DNA of 24,000 nt from Caldilineae bacterium. Lineage in GTDB: Bacteria > Chloroflexota > Anaerolineae > DUEN01. Below the pieces are notes generated by a model, which had not been told where the DNA came from, searched no databases, and saw only the letters and a program-made list of their open reading frames with translations. Below, one piece after another: positions 23,485 through 24,000 of the stretch. A program made the position numbers and the translations under genes. The stretch's first letter is position 1; every line of letters starts with the position of its first letter. The DNA lies in the NCBI GenBank assembly GCA_011176545.1, contig DUEN01000064.1:4623-28622 (forward strand), given 5' to 3'.

Positions 23485-23546
23485 TTCGCTCATATTGGCT
23501 TACACGACACAAGTGTCCGACGGAGTATACCATGCCTGATAGGCGA
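23485..23546 (+). repeat. One-ended (partial) copy of the repeat family
   Basis: TTCGCTCATATTGGCTTACACGACA (23485-23509) is 24/25 to the 14295 copy. CCTGATAGGCGA (to 23546) sits at nearly the same offset as CCTGGAATAGGCGA in the 4876 copy. Confidence 0.5.
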
Positions 23547-23620
23547 GCGCCACTGAGCGTGATCACCGTCTGGGGCGAGAGGGCGTGGGCAAGACCATGT
23601 TCAGCATCCTATGCCCCTTC

Positions 23621-23649
23621 TTGACGACACGTCGATGATCCACTACAAT
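23621..23649 (+). promoter_or_regulatory. Candidate vapBC promoter
   Basis: TTGACG (23621-23626), exactly 17 nt, TACAAT (23644-23649). The short inverted repeat CGAC-ac-GTCG in the spacer could be an operator. 35 nt upstream of ATG 23684. Confidence 0.5.
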
Positions 23650-23683
23650 GACTCCAAAATGGAACCATTACGGAGTTTGGCCT

Positions 23684-23926
23684 ATGCCCACAATTACCAT
23701 TAAGAACATCCCGGATGCCCTTTACGAGCGGTTGAAGCGCAGGGCACAGATGAACCGTCGGAGCATTAACAGCGAGATCATCGTGTGCCTTGAGCGAGCG
23801 CTCTATAGCCAAAGGGTCGATCCCGAAGCGCTGCTGGCTCGGGCGCGTCAGTTGCGCCAGAAGACCGCCGGCCACATCATCACCGACGCAGAGTTCACGC
23901 GTGCCAAGACCGAGGGGCGTCCATGA
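23684..23926 (+). CDS. vapB: Ribbon-helix-helix antitoxin (VapB/FitA/Arc-like)
   Basis: MPTITIKNIPDALYERLKRRAQMNRRSINSEIIVCLE is a classic RHH N-terminus. GGAG RBS 8 nt upstream (the track start 23648 is less likely). Its stop overlaps the next ATG (ATGA at 23923-23926). Confidence 0.75.
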   Translation: MPTITIKNIPDALYERLKRRAQMNRRSINSEIIVCLERALYSQRVDPEALLARARQLRQKTAGHIITDAEFTRAKTEGRP

Positions 23927-24000
23927 TCGTGGTAGACACCAATATCATTGGATACCTGTACTTGGCGAGTGAGCGCTCACCGCAGGCTGAGCAGGTGTTG
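23923..24000 (+). CDS. vapC: PIN-domain toxin VapC (first 26 codons only; continues beyond the window)
   Basis: My translation is MIVVDTNIIGYLYLASERSPQAEQVL. The (V/L)DTN acidic motif is the PIN N-terminal signature. Translationally coupled to the RHH gene. Confidence 0.6.
   Translation, partial: MIVVDTNIIGYLYLASERSPQAEQVL

Overview
GC-rich bacterial chromosomal window. The gene content and the GTAGGGGCG...CGCCCCTAC palindromes look Chloroflexota-like, but that is inference only. I support 22 protein-coding genes and saw no rRNA, tRNA, CRISPR array or intact transposase. (i) A minus-strand carbohydrate-type ABC importer operon: lipoprotein SBP, two permeases, and a MalK-like ATPase that runs off the left edge. 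(ii) A co-directional minus-strand run from 14163 to 5059: neutral-ceramidase-like hydrolase, 8-oxoguanine-deaminase-like amidohydrolase, an ArsB/NhaD-superfamily permease with a secreted N-terminal extension, a universal stress protein, a PII-like/CBS-pair fusion overlapping (ATGA) a second ArsB/NhaD permease, a DUF951 protein and an MFS transporter. (iii) A plus-strand MrfA/YprA/SftH-type SF2 helicase with an HNH nuclease motif inserted just upstream of its C-terminal 4-Cys Zn domain. (iv) A serine-palmitoyltransferase-like alpha-oxoamine synthase, a CBM9-like protein, YjbQ, a PduO-type adenosyltransferase, endonuclease IV and an L-fucose-isomerase-family protein. (v) An orphan 151-aa gene and a vapBC pair at the right edge. 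The strongest non-coding signal is a modular intergenic repeat family: a 25-nt motif (TTCGCTCATATTGGCATACACGACA) combined with GC-rich palindromes. It forms two complete MITE-like elements, each flanked by a perfect 4-bp direct repeat (GCGA, TCTG), plus three one-ended copies. Most worth following up are the helicase-HNH fusion, the PII-like/CBS/USP plus twin-permease cluster, and the MITE family. All homology calls come from reading the translations; no database search was possible.
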